DNA of 64,000 nucleotides from Stegostoma tigrinum (taxonomy: Eukaryota): NCBI RefSeq assembly GCF_030684315.1, contig NC_081399.1:6124113-6188112 (forward strand). Reading direction: 5' to 3'. The translations under genes were made by a program, and so were the position numbers. A model generated the notes under the pieces. The model was not told where the DNA came from, searched no databases, and saw only the letters and a program-made list of their open reading frames with translations. Every line of letters begins with the position of its first letter. The first letter of the stretch is position 1. This document shows positions 51,993-64,000 of this stretch, in pieces.

Positions 51993-54519
51993 TTGTGCAA
52001 TCTGAGTGGGAAGCAAGGGAATGTTCACTCATATGGATTAAAGAATTCCACAATCATTATTTGAAAATGGTACATCAGATTTATTCGAATATTCTGCAAA
52101 CGTTATCACTCAAGCAACTTCATCAAAGAGGTTATCATGCTCAATTTAAAATTCGTTTTGTCAGAGATTTCTGTGTATAAATTGGGTGCCTTGTTTCAGA
52201 CATTATAGTAGTGATTACTCATTAAGTGAATATTCAATTGTCTCGAAAAAAATACCTCACTGAGTTACTGAAGTTGGCCGAGGTAATCCAGCAATGATCA
52301 AGCTAAACCAATTTGATCCTTAAAGAGAATGTTGAATTTGAATCCATAAATTTTGTAGTGTTGTCTTTTATAGCCCTGCCCTTAACTCCACTGAGATATC
52401 ACTTCGGCAGAGAGAAAGAAATCGTTGTGGCTTTCAGGAGGTTATTGGTCTATGCACACTCTGGTATTGAACCACGTAATACAACGAATACCAAGTATCA
52501 CTATAGACATAGACGTCTAGTTTAAGCGATAGGGGATCAGTCAACGATTGGCAATAGCTGTTTAGTTTCGAGGAGTACATTTTTATTCGCTGCTCAGAAG
52601 TAAAAAGTCTAAAAGACGTGTTCGATTCCTAATACTCGTTCGATTCCTAATACTCAATGTAAGTTGTGTAATTTGATATAGGTCTAACCTCAGTGCTGTA
52701 CTTTAATGGCAGGTACTGAGGCAACAGCCTAAAGAGTACACAACATACACATTCCACTGATTTATCGAATCAAACAACTTGAAATGTTACCCGAAATGAG
52801 TACTCAAATGTTTGCCCGGTTATTCGTCTCTTCTGTGACAGACAAAAGGCAGGGAGTTGAGTCAGACTTTAAGTAAAGCAACCCTTTTTTGAATAAATTT
52901 TCAGGTGCCAATGCTTCTGGATTGTTCAATCGATATAAGGAGCCAGAAAGGTCAGGGATATCGTCCTTGTAAAGGATTATCCCTCAGTTTTGGACTGTCC
53001 CACAAAAGGAAGTATCTTTTCCACATACACCTGGCACATTCCCCTCAAGTATTATTTGTTTCAATTATGTCAGCTTTGACTCTTTTAACTCTAAAGACCT
53101 CGATCATAGCTCCAGAGGTTCTAGTTTAAAATAATGGATCCTCAATCAGAATAGAGATGAGGAATTAGTTCCCCCATCAGAATGTTGAACGATTTTGAAA
53201 TTCCCTTCCTCAAAAGGTACTGGGTGCAATTTTCTTACAATGCAGAAAGATAGATTCTTGAATTACCAAGGAGGTAAAAGATTATTTGGGTCACGTCGGA
53301 ATGTAGAGTTGAACTGAAAATCAGATCAACATGATCTTATTGAGTAGTGGGCCAGGGTCAATTGGCTGAGTGGTATGATCTTGTTCCTCCATTGTATATT
53401 CATATATCTATTAATTTTCACCGATGAAGATGACATGTTTGTCTACATTTGCCAGCAAGTGAGTTGGAATTCCATCAACGGGTAAGCTGCCAACCGAAAT
53501 CTTTGATCCTGCCTAGACTTTCCTCGTATGGCAATTCACTCATAACAGATATCAGTCAAGTAAATTTTGCTCGACTGTTTCCAACACATTAACCTCTTTC
53601 TATAAGTACAGTAACCACAGTACTCTCACTAATGCCCTATAAAATCAAAACATCGCCTCTTCACTTTTACACCGCTTGCCTAAATTACATATCAGCTGCA
53701 AAGAACCATTATGGATATAAGCATGTAAAGAAGTGATTTTGTTGAATTTGAGCTATATTCTAGCAAAATAGCACCTAAAGTAATGTATTTCATTTTTTAA
53801 AAAACTAAATTCTGATGTATATCAGCCTTGGTTAGTTTTGCCAAGAAATGTTTCCTCACTTTTGCAATGTTGTGTTTCCATTTGGTAATGTTACAGAAAG
53901 GAAGAACATTTCGATAGAGAGAATAACATCATCATTGTTTGGACAATATGAAAGACTTGCTGGCAATGACACTTATCTTAGCAGCTGCAAAATTATAGGA
54001 AGCAATTCAAAATGTTTATGCCATAAACACCACTTTCGGTTTTAATAATGCTATTTAATTGCAAGACAATGAAATGGGAATCAAATGATCTGTCAGTGTC
54101 CTTTTTTTAACTGGAGAAACTGAGTGTCTGTCATGACAATTATTCAATGGTACAGAAAGAGACATTAAGTCTTGTGTTGCCTTTATGTCAGTTTGAAACT
54201 GGCATGAGTAACAGCGGAAAAGAAGCTGTTACTTTCATGGACCACACTTTTCTTGAGAAATTTCAGTAAAAGAATTTATAGCTGTTGCAATGCAGTTAAT
54301 ATTCTGGCCATGCAATTTAGAAGTCATTCAGGTGCCCACAAAAGAAAACATTGTATTTGACACTTTGGTAAGAGCACATATGAAGATAACCAAAGTCTGT
54401 GGTCAAAATGGGCTTCGGTGAAATATGGTATGTCTGAATCAGCATGCCAAAGAGAACACATGCAACGTGCTTCAACAACTATCACCGTAGCTCTGGTCTC
54501 CATAATTATGAAATACTTC

Positions 54520-54892
54520 ATGAAATTGATCACGGTTCATATCAGGTCTAGAATCCCAGCCTGCCTATATCCCTTTCAACTTGCCTATTGATACAAAAAT
54601 TCCATGGCAGACCTCATTAACCTAGCCCTACACTCATTCCTGGAACATCTGGATAATAAGGGTCATACACCAGGGAACCATTTTTCAACTGCACCTCTGC
54701 TTATAATACTGTAATCCCAAACAAACTAACCTACAAACTCTGAGACCTAGGTCTCTATTCCATCATTTGCAACCGGATCCTCAACTTCCCAACGTTTAGG
54801 CCGCAATAAGTGAAGACAGACAATAGTAGAGCCTCCACAACAACCGTCAACACTAGTAACCCACCAGGTTGCATACTCGGCCAGCTACTCTA
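54520..54892 (+). mobile_element. Rex1/Babar-type LINE RT fragment
   Basis: Decayed L.P.Q.AY...S.AD.I.LALHS.LEHLDNK...WILNF...G.P.GC.L pattern typical of the Rex1 RT. Confidence 0.6.
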
Positions 54893-55124
54893 AGGCAGAT
54901 GTTGATAAATTTTACTGGACAGATGGCCCTTGACAGGATCCTCCACTTCACTTCCCAACTGACTCAGTCAAAGGTCTTTGTCAGGTTAATGGAAGCTAAG
55001 TAGAATGGTTGGTGTTGCTCCTGACATTTCTCTTGAAGTTACCCGAGGAAAACTAGGCCTGTCGCCTATTTTCCAACATTCCCCACACTTTGAAATCTAC
55101 CTGCCTCGGCAATACATAACGTTG

Positions 55125-55215
55125 ACCCATTATGGACAGAAACAGAGAGAGGTGACATCAGCCATTCACTGTTTTGAGCGTTGTGCCTGGTTATTTGAAA
55201 GTTGGCCATTGCCAC
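55125..55215 (-). promoter_or_regulatory. Orphan V-beta-type promoter (CRE decamer GGTGACATCA at 55151-55160)
   Basis: Homologous to 58925-59010 upstream of the V pseudogene. No V exon found downstream. Confidence 0.5.
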
Positions 55216-57876
55216 TTTCATTCTACAACAAGACTTTTTTTTAACAGAGTAAATAAGAACGAAGGTTGTTAATGGTCTGACAGATTGAAGTTTTCCTGCA
55301 GCACTCAAAGAGGATTAAGATATGGTCATATACTTCACCAAGGCTAGAAGGTCACGTTCGGAGCAGCAGTTAAAGGAGATGCAGGACAAGAACACCAAAC
55401 ATTATTCCTTCCAATTTTGGTACAGCTCTCAGATACTGCACAGCCTATCACCTTGTAGCTAGATTTAATGATAGTTGTAAATGGTACATCATCGAGAAAA
55501 CTTCCAACAGACATCCCCCATTCCCATCGAAGAAACAACAGATGTCTTGTTTATGAATACTCTGAAAAATGGCCCACAAGGTTGTCGCACAAGTTTAACG
55601 GATATTATCGACACCCTGCAAGTTGTTGATACAGATTAGAACCATTCATACATTTCTTTTTTTTTGGAAGTGGAAGCAAGTCATCCTATGTCAAAGTTTT
55701 GCAGACTTGTTTGGAAGTTGCTTCATCGTTCCAGTTTGCATCTCAGGATGGAGACATAGGAGGAAAAACACATGAGGCGGTCTGTTCCTGTGAGCACTTT
55801 ATTGAGTGTAGCGGGCAGGCACATTGCAAGGTTCAGGAATACGTGTTGTGGGATGCTTTAAAACTTCAGACAGCTGCCATCCAGGAGCAGTGGGGAAACC
55901 CCACTGTCTAATTTCTTTCTACTGAAGAACAGTGGGGATTCCAAAAAGCTATCGGACTCTCCCAGTGCCTCATATGTATACCAATATTCTCTTGTGTAAG
56001 GAAGGAATACCTCTGGGGCTATTGCAACTGTGGGGAAGGTTAAACTGCAATGTTTATTTTCTTTTTCTGTATATGTAAATACTGTGCAGTATCGACTGGG
56101 TCTAGTAACTACGTATGTTTATAAAGGTTTTTTTTTAATGAGTAAAGTATAGTTTTGAAGTCAATAAAATACCGTTCCTGAGAGCGGTACGTTCAGTTCT
56201 CAACAGCCCCCTTGCCTCAAAATGAATGCAAATAGTTTCCTACACAGTAGAAAATGCCCCTGTTTTAACAACTGCAAGGATGGTCTGAGGGATGTCAAGT
56301 TCCAATGTCCAGCTCTGCACAATTGTTTTAGAACCTGTTGTAAGGCAAGTTTTCATGAATAACGTATTGGTGTCCAATAAGAAAAGTTGCTCAAATATGA
56401 TAGTTGTTGTCGCAATGCCAAACAGATACAGTATTCTAATGGGGTAACGAGAGATACTTTAGATATTTTGCAATGAATTTGTTCACAGATGTTTCCAAAC
56501 AGACCTGGAGCATCTCTGTATTGCACTCAGGTCTCCTGGCTCGGAGGTACGAAGCCTATCACAACATCATAAGAAGCTTCCTCATTTGCTCCAACTAACT
56601 TCTAATCAATCTGATTGGAAATGCTATTGCAGATTTCTGCAGAGTTGGAAGTTCGATGCTGGTCTCCAGCTCAGAGGTAGTGACACTAACAATGCTTAAT
56701 GGCAGCACCCAGCATTCATCGTAGATGTCTTCCTATCAACCTATTGATAGATATTGCAACAACCTCCGTATCATGTGGGAGTTGAATCCAGTTTTCCTGA
56801 CTCAGTCAGGTGTATGATTGCAGGAAAAAAAGACGTGTTTCCATTACCTGCAGCTGACTCGCATTCAAGATGATTATCAAAGAACATTGAAGAAGTCTTG
56901 TTTTCGCTCAGTAAATAACAGCTACCATGCAGCTTCTCGGGGCTGAAGCAATTGTTAATCTTGAGGAGACATGTCAGAATATTTTTCCATCAGAAAACAC
57001 TTTCTGCTCTTTGGGAGAGACAGGAGATATCAATAAATAACTAGGATAATCAGACGTGATATTTATTTAATAAAATTCAATTTCATCCATCTGCTCTGGC
57101 TTTGAAACTTTTTCGGTAAACACACATGTTCATCGAGGATAATTTGTCCAAGGTGCTATTCTGTATAACTGCAGGAGCTGTTTTGGGCATGCTGCACGGA
57201 CAATCTCAAACAAATCATGAAGTTATCAAGAGGAACAGGCAACAAATCGATGCTTTTCTGAAAGAATCGCCTCATTCGCCCAAGTGCTGCTTTATGGGGA
57301 AGATCAGAAAGTGAATGAGAGCCTAACCTTAACTTTCAGACGAATAAAAGCAAAAATGTTGTGAAGAAAGGACGGATAGACTGAGGTCGTTTTCGTCAAA
57401 GCAGTGGAGATTGAGAATGGACAGCATTCAGGTGCAGTGATAGTAGGAACTGCAGATGCTGGAGAATCTGCGATAACAACTTTTTCTGAAGGAGAGTCTA
57501 GGCCCGAAACGTCAGCATTCCTGCTTCTCTAATGCTGCTTGGCTGCTGCACTCATCCAGCTGTACACCCTGTTATCTAGGATTCAGATGTGTAAGCTTCT
57601 GTGGGGGATAGACAGCATAGACAGGAAAAAAACATTTCCCCTGGATGGGTGGACAATTAACTGGGGACAAAATTTAAGGGGTGGGTCAGGAGTTTTATTG
57701 GAGGTGGGAAGAAAAGCTTTTTCACACAGATGGTGGAGTGAGTAAGGAAGCCGCTGCCTCTGATGGTGATAGAACAGAAAGCCCCATCACAATCCAAAAG
57801 GATTCATATCGGCATTTGAGATGCCAGGGCATACAGCGGCATGAGGAATGTGCTGGAAAATAACCTCACAATATTT

Positions 57877-58110
57877 AGATAACAAGGTGTAGAGCTGGAT
57901 GAGCACAGTAGGTCAAGCAGCATCAGAGGAGCAGGAGAGCTGACGTTTCGGGTCTGGACCTTTCTTCAGAAATTTTTCATTTCTGAAGGAGGGTCCAGAG
58001 CCAAAAGGTCAGCTTTCCTGCTCCTCTGATGCTGTTTGGCCTGCTGTGTTCATCTAGCTCCATACCTTGTTATCTCAGATTCTCCAGCATTTGCAGTTCC
58101 TACTATCTCA
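57877..58110. mobile_element. Palindromic Penelope-derived element
   Basis: agataacaaggtgtagagctggatga... / ...gttcatctagctccataccttgttatct inverted arms. Confidence 0.75.
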
Positions 58111-58323
58111 GAATACTTAGGTGGTTCCACGACTCTATCTATCGCTCCTGAGAGACTGGGAAGTTATTTTGTCCGCTCAGGTCGTTTTGTTGCAAGGCAT
58201 GGAAGTCGATCTCAATGACGAGCTTGTTGAAACATGCCAGCAGCTCTTTCCTAATCTCCTGGTTCATGCTACAACAGGTTGTTAGGCTTTTGACCAAGTT
58301 CTGAGCCTGTTCAAATCATTGTG

Positions 58324-58625
58324 ATTACTAGCAGCGCAGTAGTAGACTGCAGTACCAGTCGGCACCAAGCTCTGCATTTTCAGGCTGCACTACTTCTGAC
58401 TGGATCGAGTGACTTCAAACCTCTCCTTGAAGCCCTCTGCTAGCGTGGGTTCAGATCCGAAAATGAAGGTTGCTATGAGCTGCAGCCCTACTCCTCTGGT
58501 CTGGCTGTACCTGTACATCCAGTTTTCACTAGTGTCGTTTTGGTAACAGTGAATCTCTGCCATCTTCCCTTCACCAACGGACAAGCAGTTCTCCCATTGG
58601 GAAACGAGGGCGCTCCTGCAGCCAG
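58324..58625 (-). pseudogene. TRBV: TRBV pseudogene with intact 23-RSS (58285-58323)
   Basis: GCRSALVSQWENCLSVGEGKMAEIHCYQNDTSENWMYRYSQTRGVGLQLIATFIFGSEPTLAEGFKERFEVTRSSQK*CSLKMQSLVPTGTAVYYCAASN. In-frame TAG at 58390-92 and conserved Trp replaced by Arg. CACAATG + 23 + TCAAAAGCC. Leader exon not resolved. Confidence 0.93.
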
Positions 58626-58929
58626 CTGAGGAGAAACGGGAGAACAGACAGGGTCAAATTTTGAATGTTTACTATCACTAAGATGTGTCCATTTCTACGA
58701 AGGGAATCAGGAACTGCACTCGCAGAGCCTGTCAACTCTTTGACACCCACAGACAGAACTGCAATACTCTGCGCACTTAGTTACCGTGTGGCAAAACTCG
58801 GGAAGGCTCTTCATCGCCACGTTTGGCTGCAACGCCGATTGTTTGCGGGGACGCAGGCGTATATCTCCGGTTTCCTGCATTCCATTTTGCTCAAAATTCG
58901 CCCGCATTCCTAAGACATGACATGCCCCT

Positions 58930-58956
58930 ATTATAGGGAGAGAGTGAATGACCTCA
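58930..58956 (-). promoter_or_regulatory. V-beta promoter: CRE-like TGACCTCA (58949-56) and TATAAT (58930-35)
   Basis: Lies about 300 bp upstream of the V exon. CRE decamers are known V-beta promoter elements. Confidence 0.5.
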
Positions 58957-61311
58957 GGCGCTCACTGTTGCGGGCATTGTGACTGGTTATTTGAACGCTT
59001 CCACTTTTCCACTTTTCATTCCACTTCGAGAAAATCCCCTTTCTTTGCATTTTTGTTTTTAAGAGAGTAAACAAGAAAGAAACTTGCAAATTATCTGGCT
59101 GACACAAATTAGTCTCTGGCACCAAAAGCAGATTAAGACTTGCTCAATCAATTCACCAAGGCTGGAAGGTTACCTGGGAGCAGCAGTAATAGAAAATGCA
59201 GAGAAAGAGCACCGAACATTTTTACTACCTATGAGGTACAGCTCTCACACGCTGCAAAACGTCTCGCCCTGTCGCCAGATTTAATGCTTAGCCGTAGATG
59301 TGACCTCATCGCGAGAGAGCCCAATAGACCTTCTGCATTCCCACTTAACGAAATTTAGCTGCCCTGCCTATGAAAAAACCAGTAACTGAACGACAAGGTC
59401 GTCAAGCAAGTTCAACGCCTTTGCCAAACCCTCCAGGTTCATGATAACAAAGTGTGGAGCTTGATGAACACAACAGGCCAAGCAGCATCTCAGGAGCACA
59501 AATATTGATTCACATGTCTGGTCTTATTTCGCAGAATGCACATCATCTCATGTAAAAGAACAGAGTAATTGTTTAGAAATCGCATCATTGTTCTATTTTG
59601 CATTTCAGAAAGGGCACAGAAAAGAAAGTCAAAGTGGGCTGACTGCTCTGAACGGGGTCTTTCAGTCCTCAAACTCATCCTGTTGCCTCAAAACCAATAT
59701 AAACAGTTTCCTGCTAGGGCCTAATTGTCTCAGAACTGCCGGGACAATCTGAGAGATGTCAAAATCCAATGCTCTGCTTGTTAGTTTTTCCCTCTTCAAG
59801 AATTGTATAGAATTCTTAAAAAGCGTTTTGTACGCACATAACGTTTATGAATAACATATACTTTTGCAACATAAAATCTTTTCCAATTATGTGAAAGTTT
59901 GTTTTTGCAATATCAGAGGGTCCTCCCTATGACAGAGAAGATAGGTTTTCAGCTGGATATAGGGTGAAAATGGAGATACAGATCTGTTTCAACGCACTTC
60001 TTCAGAGATGATACTAAAGAGCTGTGGAGCAAGTGTATAACGGCCTCACAAGAGCCTTCCTCATTCATTCCTTCTAAACAGAGTGGTCAAAGATGCTATG
60101 AAGCACCTCTGAGTAATATGGGAGTTTAATGCTATTCTCCCTCCTCAGAAGTTGGGATACTGCTGTTGTTCCGCAAGAGTCCGGGATGTGATGACAGAGA
60201 AAAGTGTCTTTGCATTGTCCGCAGCTGCCTCTGATTCAAGACAGTTAACATTTAACATTGATGAACTTTTGTATTCTCTGTTCATTCATACAGACACTGA
60301 GAGTTCCCGTACAGCTTCTCAGGGTTGAAATGAGAAAGTTGACCATCTTGACCAGATATGTGGAAATATATGCGATCAGCAAGCAAGAGGTAGCGCCACA
60401 GACTCGAGTATTCATTAATACGATTTAGTATGCTGAACCTGCTGTTACTTTTAATCATTTTTTTTTGACAAATACAATTCTCCTACGCTAAGGTGACTAA
60501 GATGCTATTCTGTATAACTGCAGGAGCTACTTTGGCTATGCCACGTGGACAGCCTCAAAAGGAGTTACAAAGTTTTCAGAGGCAGCAACCAGCAAATCAA
60601 TGCTCGATTGGAAGATTTGCACCTCAATTTCCCAAGTGCCGTTTCAGGAAGAAAATAAGAAAGTGATTGCGATGCTGACTGTTATTACAGGTGGAATAAA
60701 AGGAAGGACGCTGTGAAGAAAAGAACTTGGCACAGAATTAGTTTTCCTCAGAGGACAGGAAATTGGGAATGGACTGGATTCAGATGTACCAGCTTATGAG
60801 GAGGATAGGCGTAGTAGACGGGCAATAACATGTCCGCTGGATAGAGGGATCAACCACTGCAGCCAAAACCTAAGGGAAAGGGCATGAGCTTTAGTAGAGA
60901 TGAGAAGAAAAGCTCTGACCCACCGAGGGTGGAGGGCCTAGTCACTTCCTGTTAGAACAGAATGCCCCATCATATTGAAGAACGATTTCGATCTGCACTT
61001 CAAATGCCAGGCCATACACTGGTAAAGGCAAAAGTGTGGGAAAATTGGGCTCAGAATATTTAGCTGGTTGTTTTTGACCAGCGTGAATACCATATGTTGA
61101 AGAGTCTTCTTCTATACTGTAGAGCTCTATGACTCTATCTACCACTTCTGGGAAATTAGGAAATTATTTTGTCCGCTCGGGAGGTTGTGTTGAACGGCAG
61201 GGAAGTCTATTTCTATGACCAACTTGTCGAAACCTGCCAGCAGCGTTTTCCTAGTCACTGAGCTTATGGTATGACAGGCTGAGAAATTTTTGACCCAGCT
61301 CTGGGCCTGAG

Positions 61312-61608
61312 ATCATTAGCACCTCAGTAATTAACTGCCGTTTCAGTTGTCTCCAAGCTCAGTGTTTTCTGGCTGCACCATTTCCGTCTGGTTCTGGTGA
61401 CTTCAAGCCTATCCTTGAAACCCTCGTCAGACGTGGGATTAGAGCTGGTAACAAAACTTACTATGAGCTGCATACTGTCTCATTTGAAGCCATGATACCA
61501 GTACTTGTAGCTCATGTCCGTGAATTTGTAACTGCATTTCCACCATCTTTCTCTTTCGTACGGCCACCCGCTCCAGCTACTGGGAGACGTCAATGCTTCT
61601 ACAATTCA
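61312..61608 (-). pseudogene. TRBV: TRBV pseudogene, same family, heavily decayed
   Basis: NCRSIDVSQ*LERVAVRKRKMVEMQ/frameshift/YKFTDMSYKYWYHGFK*DSMQLIVSFVTSSNPTSDEGFKDRLEVTRTRRKWCSQKTLSLETTETAVNY*GAND. Second Cys changed to TGA. RSS heptamer deleted. Confidence 0.9.
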
Positions 61609-64000
61609 CTTTGTGGAGAAGATAGAAAGAAAGATGAAACAGTTGAGACGAAATAGGAACTGACACAACATAGATTGAGAGAAACAGGACACCTTGCACA
61701 GAATCTCGCAAATTCAGTAGCTGAGCCTTTGAAAATAACCAGATTCCTGAATGAACTCAATTTCAGTCGCTGTTCTCTCGATGTTCTTTTTCTTTGTAAA
61801 GTTTTGACCAGTTGCCCGCTGCAATGAGATTAGCGCCATCCTCAATCACCCCGTAACACCGTCAAGGAGGGTCAAGCGTGTTTGCAGTCCATTCACGGCA
61901 TTGACAAGTTTCAAACACATTGTTTTTTTTTGGTTTGCAATGTAGGCGGTGGATGAATGACCATTACTAGGATCCATGATAAGTATGGGTTCACAGAGAG
62001 GCAGCGAGATCAATCTTGCCTCGGTCATGTTACAGGATGAGAATTGACTCCTCTTCCCCGCTTCCCATTCTGCCTCCAACCAAAAGCAGAATTTGCTGGA
62101 GAAACTCAACGAGAATTTACCAACTGATAACCCAGTCTTTTCCTCTTACTGTCTTAAAAACCCGGTCTTTTACTGTGAACGCTTTGAGGAAAGATCACTG
62201 ATGAAGCAGATGAAGGTGGTATGGCCTAGGGCACTAGCCTGATGCACTTCTGCCGAGCTGAGATATCCAGCCCTCAATCATGTTCCTCTGAACTCAGAAT
62301 TAATCAAACCTGCCGTGACTTGTCTATCTATATTTCCTAATTACATTACTATCAGAATCGTTCGATGCCACAATCGGTCTACGGTAATCTTGATGCCAAG
62401 GGCTGTCGACTCATTTCTTCCTCTCTTGAGTTCATATGCTTTTTTTTTACTCTCGCGTTCAGCTGTTTAGTGCATGTTTGGAACGAGGCTGCAATGAGGT
62501 CAAGCGTTGAGTGTGCTTTACAAATTTTAACTGTTAAACAGGTTACTGTTTGAAAGTGTCATTTGGTAACGCTCTCATAGATTCGTTGAGTTATGCAGCA
62601 CTGAAGCAGACCCTTCAGTGCAACTTGTCATTAACAAACAGATATTCTAAATTAGTTTTGTCCCATGTTCCAGCATATGGCCCATTTCCTTCTGAACCCT
62701 TCCTATTCATGTACCCACCATGATGCCTCTTAAATTCATAATTACACCCACCTCGACCATCTCCTCTGGCAGTTTGCTTCATGCTAGTACCACCCTCTGC
62801 ATGTCAAAGCTTCACCCAGATCGCTTTTACATATGTTCCCAACCATCTTAAACCTATGTGTTCTAGTTTCGGATTCCCCAACCCTGGGGAGAAAAATAAA
62901 TGCCTTGGTATTTTACCCTATCCATGTCAATTTCACCCTCATTCTATTTGGGAAATTCTGACAGTGGATGGATGGGATGATAAATAGTCGGAATGGAATA
63001 GCTCTGCAATTTCTGGACCGGACATAATTGGGCAATCTTCCATATTGTAGTCTGGGTGCCGGGATTGTGGCTGTGAGAAAGCGTTTGCCTTTTCATCAAT
63101 GCTAGAACGTTAATTCTCATGCTCAGAAGCAGTAAAGTGTCAAGGCCCACAGCCTGCACACTATCATAGCATCCAACCATTTCCTGATGTCACATGGTAT
63201 GAATTGAATTGAATGCAGAAAGACGTCTGAGATGTACAAAACCTCAGAGGCGACAGAGATGGATTGTCCACTCACCAGTGGCTGTCGGTGCTTCCAAATG
63301 CTTTGCTTACACAGTGAGATTGTTTATTCCAATCAATATTTCATCGTACACCACTATCCACAAAACGTCGTGTAGGAGCATTGCTGAGCTTTGATGTGAT
63401 CTCTTGGTTGTGGGATCGATTAGTTCTATCCATTCGAGGCTGTTTTATACATGAATGTCCCTTTGTTTATACATGAGTGTCCCTACCACCTCATTTTCGG
63501 TAGGGAACAGCGTGCGGAGCTAGAGGAAATCAGCAGGGGCAGGCAGCATTAGAGGAGAAGGAAAGTTGACGTTTCGGGTAGGGACCCTTATCTCACACTC
63601 CAGCATCTGCAGTTCTTACTATCTCTGATTTTCCGTAAGTATTGTGTTAGTCCTGACGTGCGGTCCTGCAATCTTCATTGAATGGGTACTGATCCCACGG
63701 CTTGATTGCAATGTTAGACAAGGTGACATGCTGGGCCGTGAAGTATAGATCATGGTTGAATAAAATTCTGAAGGCCTAAAGTGCAGTTTTGGACCAAGTG
63801 TTGGCGTTACAGGGCTGGTGGAGAGATATGTGGAGAGGCAGAAGAATACACAACTTTCTTCCCATCATTACGTCAGGATCAATACTGAGGGGGTGATGTG
63901 AAAAGTGAAGCTATCATCTTAGTCAAAAACAGAAGGAGCAAATTAGGAAAATTTGAGCTGCCTCATTCCCGAGACTAAGTTAGCTGAAGGTCTGAGATAT

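Larger units (their letters stand above)
55125..61620. repeat. Ancient tandem V-gene duplication units (~3.0-3.8 kb period)
   Basis: 55125-55530 ~ 58925-59345, 56200-57430 ~ 59680-60785 and 58110-58640 ~ 61110-61620 (e.g. tgctattctgtataactgcaggagct in both). Confidence 0.8.

Noticed and set aside
51821-52180. 119-aa ORF with AEEAWQGLIDT repeats; also considered as a CRISPR-like array
   Set aside because: It is a contiguous 33-bp minisatellite without spacers, in vertebrate DNA.
58707-58907. ORF upstream of the V pseudogene as its leader exon
   Set aside because: Not hydrophobic, and the available donor gives the wrong phase. The true leader appears decayed.

Overview
This is eukaryotic, repeat-rich DNA from a cartilaginous fish. 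The SINE, CR1 and Penelope repeat families suggest a carpet shark such as zebra or bamboo shark (inferred, not proven). The window holds the 3' end of a T-cell receptor beta locus on the minus strand. In order it has two V-beta pseudogenes (61.3 kb, 58.3 kb), an orphan V-type promoter (55.15 kb), one D-beta with 12/23 RSS (48381-48393), four intact J-beta segments, one clear pseudo-J plus weaker relics, and a complete four-exon C-beta gene (30781 down to 24220). The main unexpected observation is a second, highly divergent TCR-beta-type constant gene on the plus strand. It has an 18-bp Cys hinge exon (4508-4525) and a 110-bp transmembrane exon (5232-5341) with the T-Y-x5-K-x3-Y-x3-VS motif. 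It lies tail-to-tail with the canonical C-beta about 19 kb away, and a candidate shared T-cell enhancer sits between them. Its Ig C-domain exon was not found in the window and presumably lies upstream of position 1. The rest is mostly CR1, Rex1/Babar and Tx1-like LINE fragments, tRNA-derived SINEs, Penelope-derived palindromes (one copy with an intact minimal hammerhead ribozyme core) and microsatellites. Almost all listed six-frame ORFs are spurious or transposon-derived.
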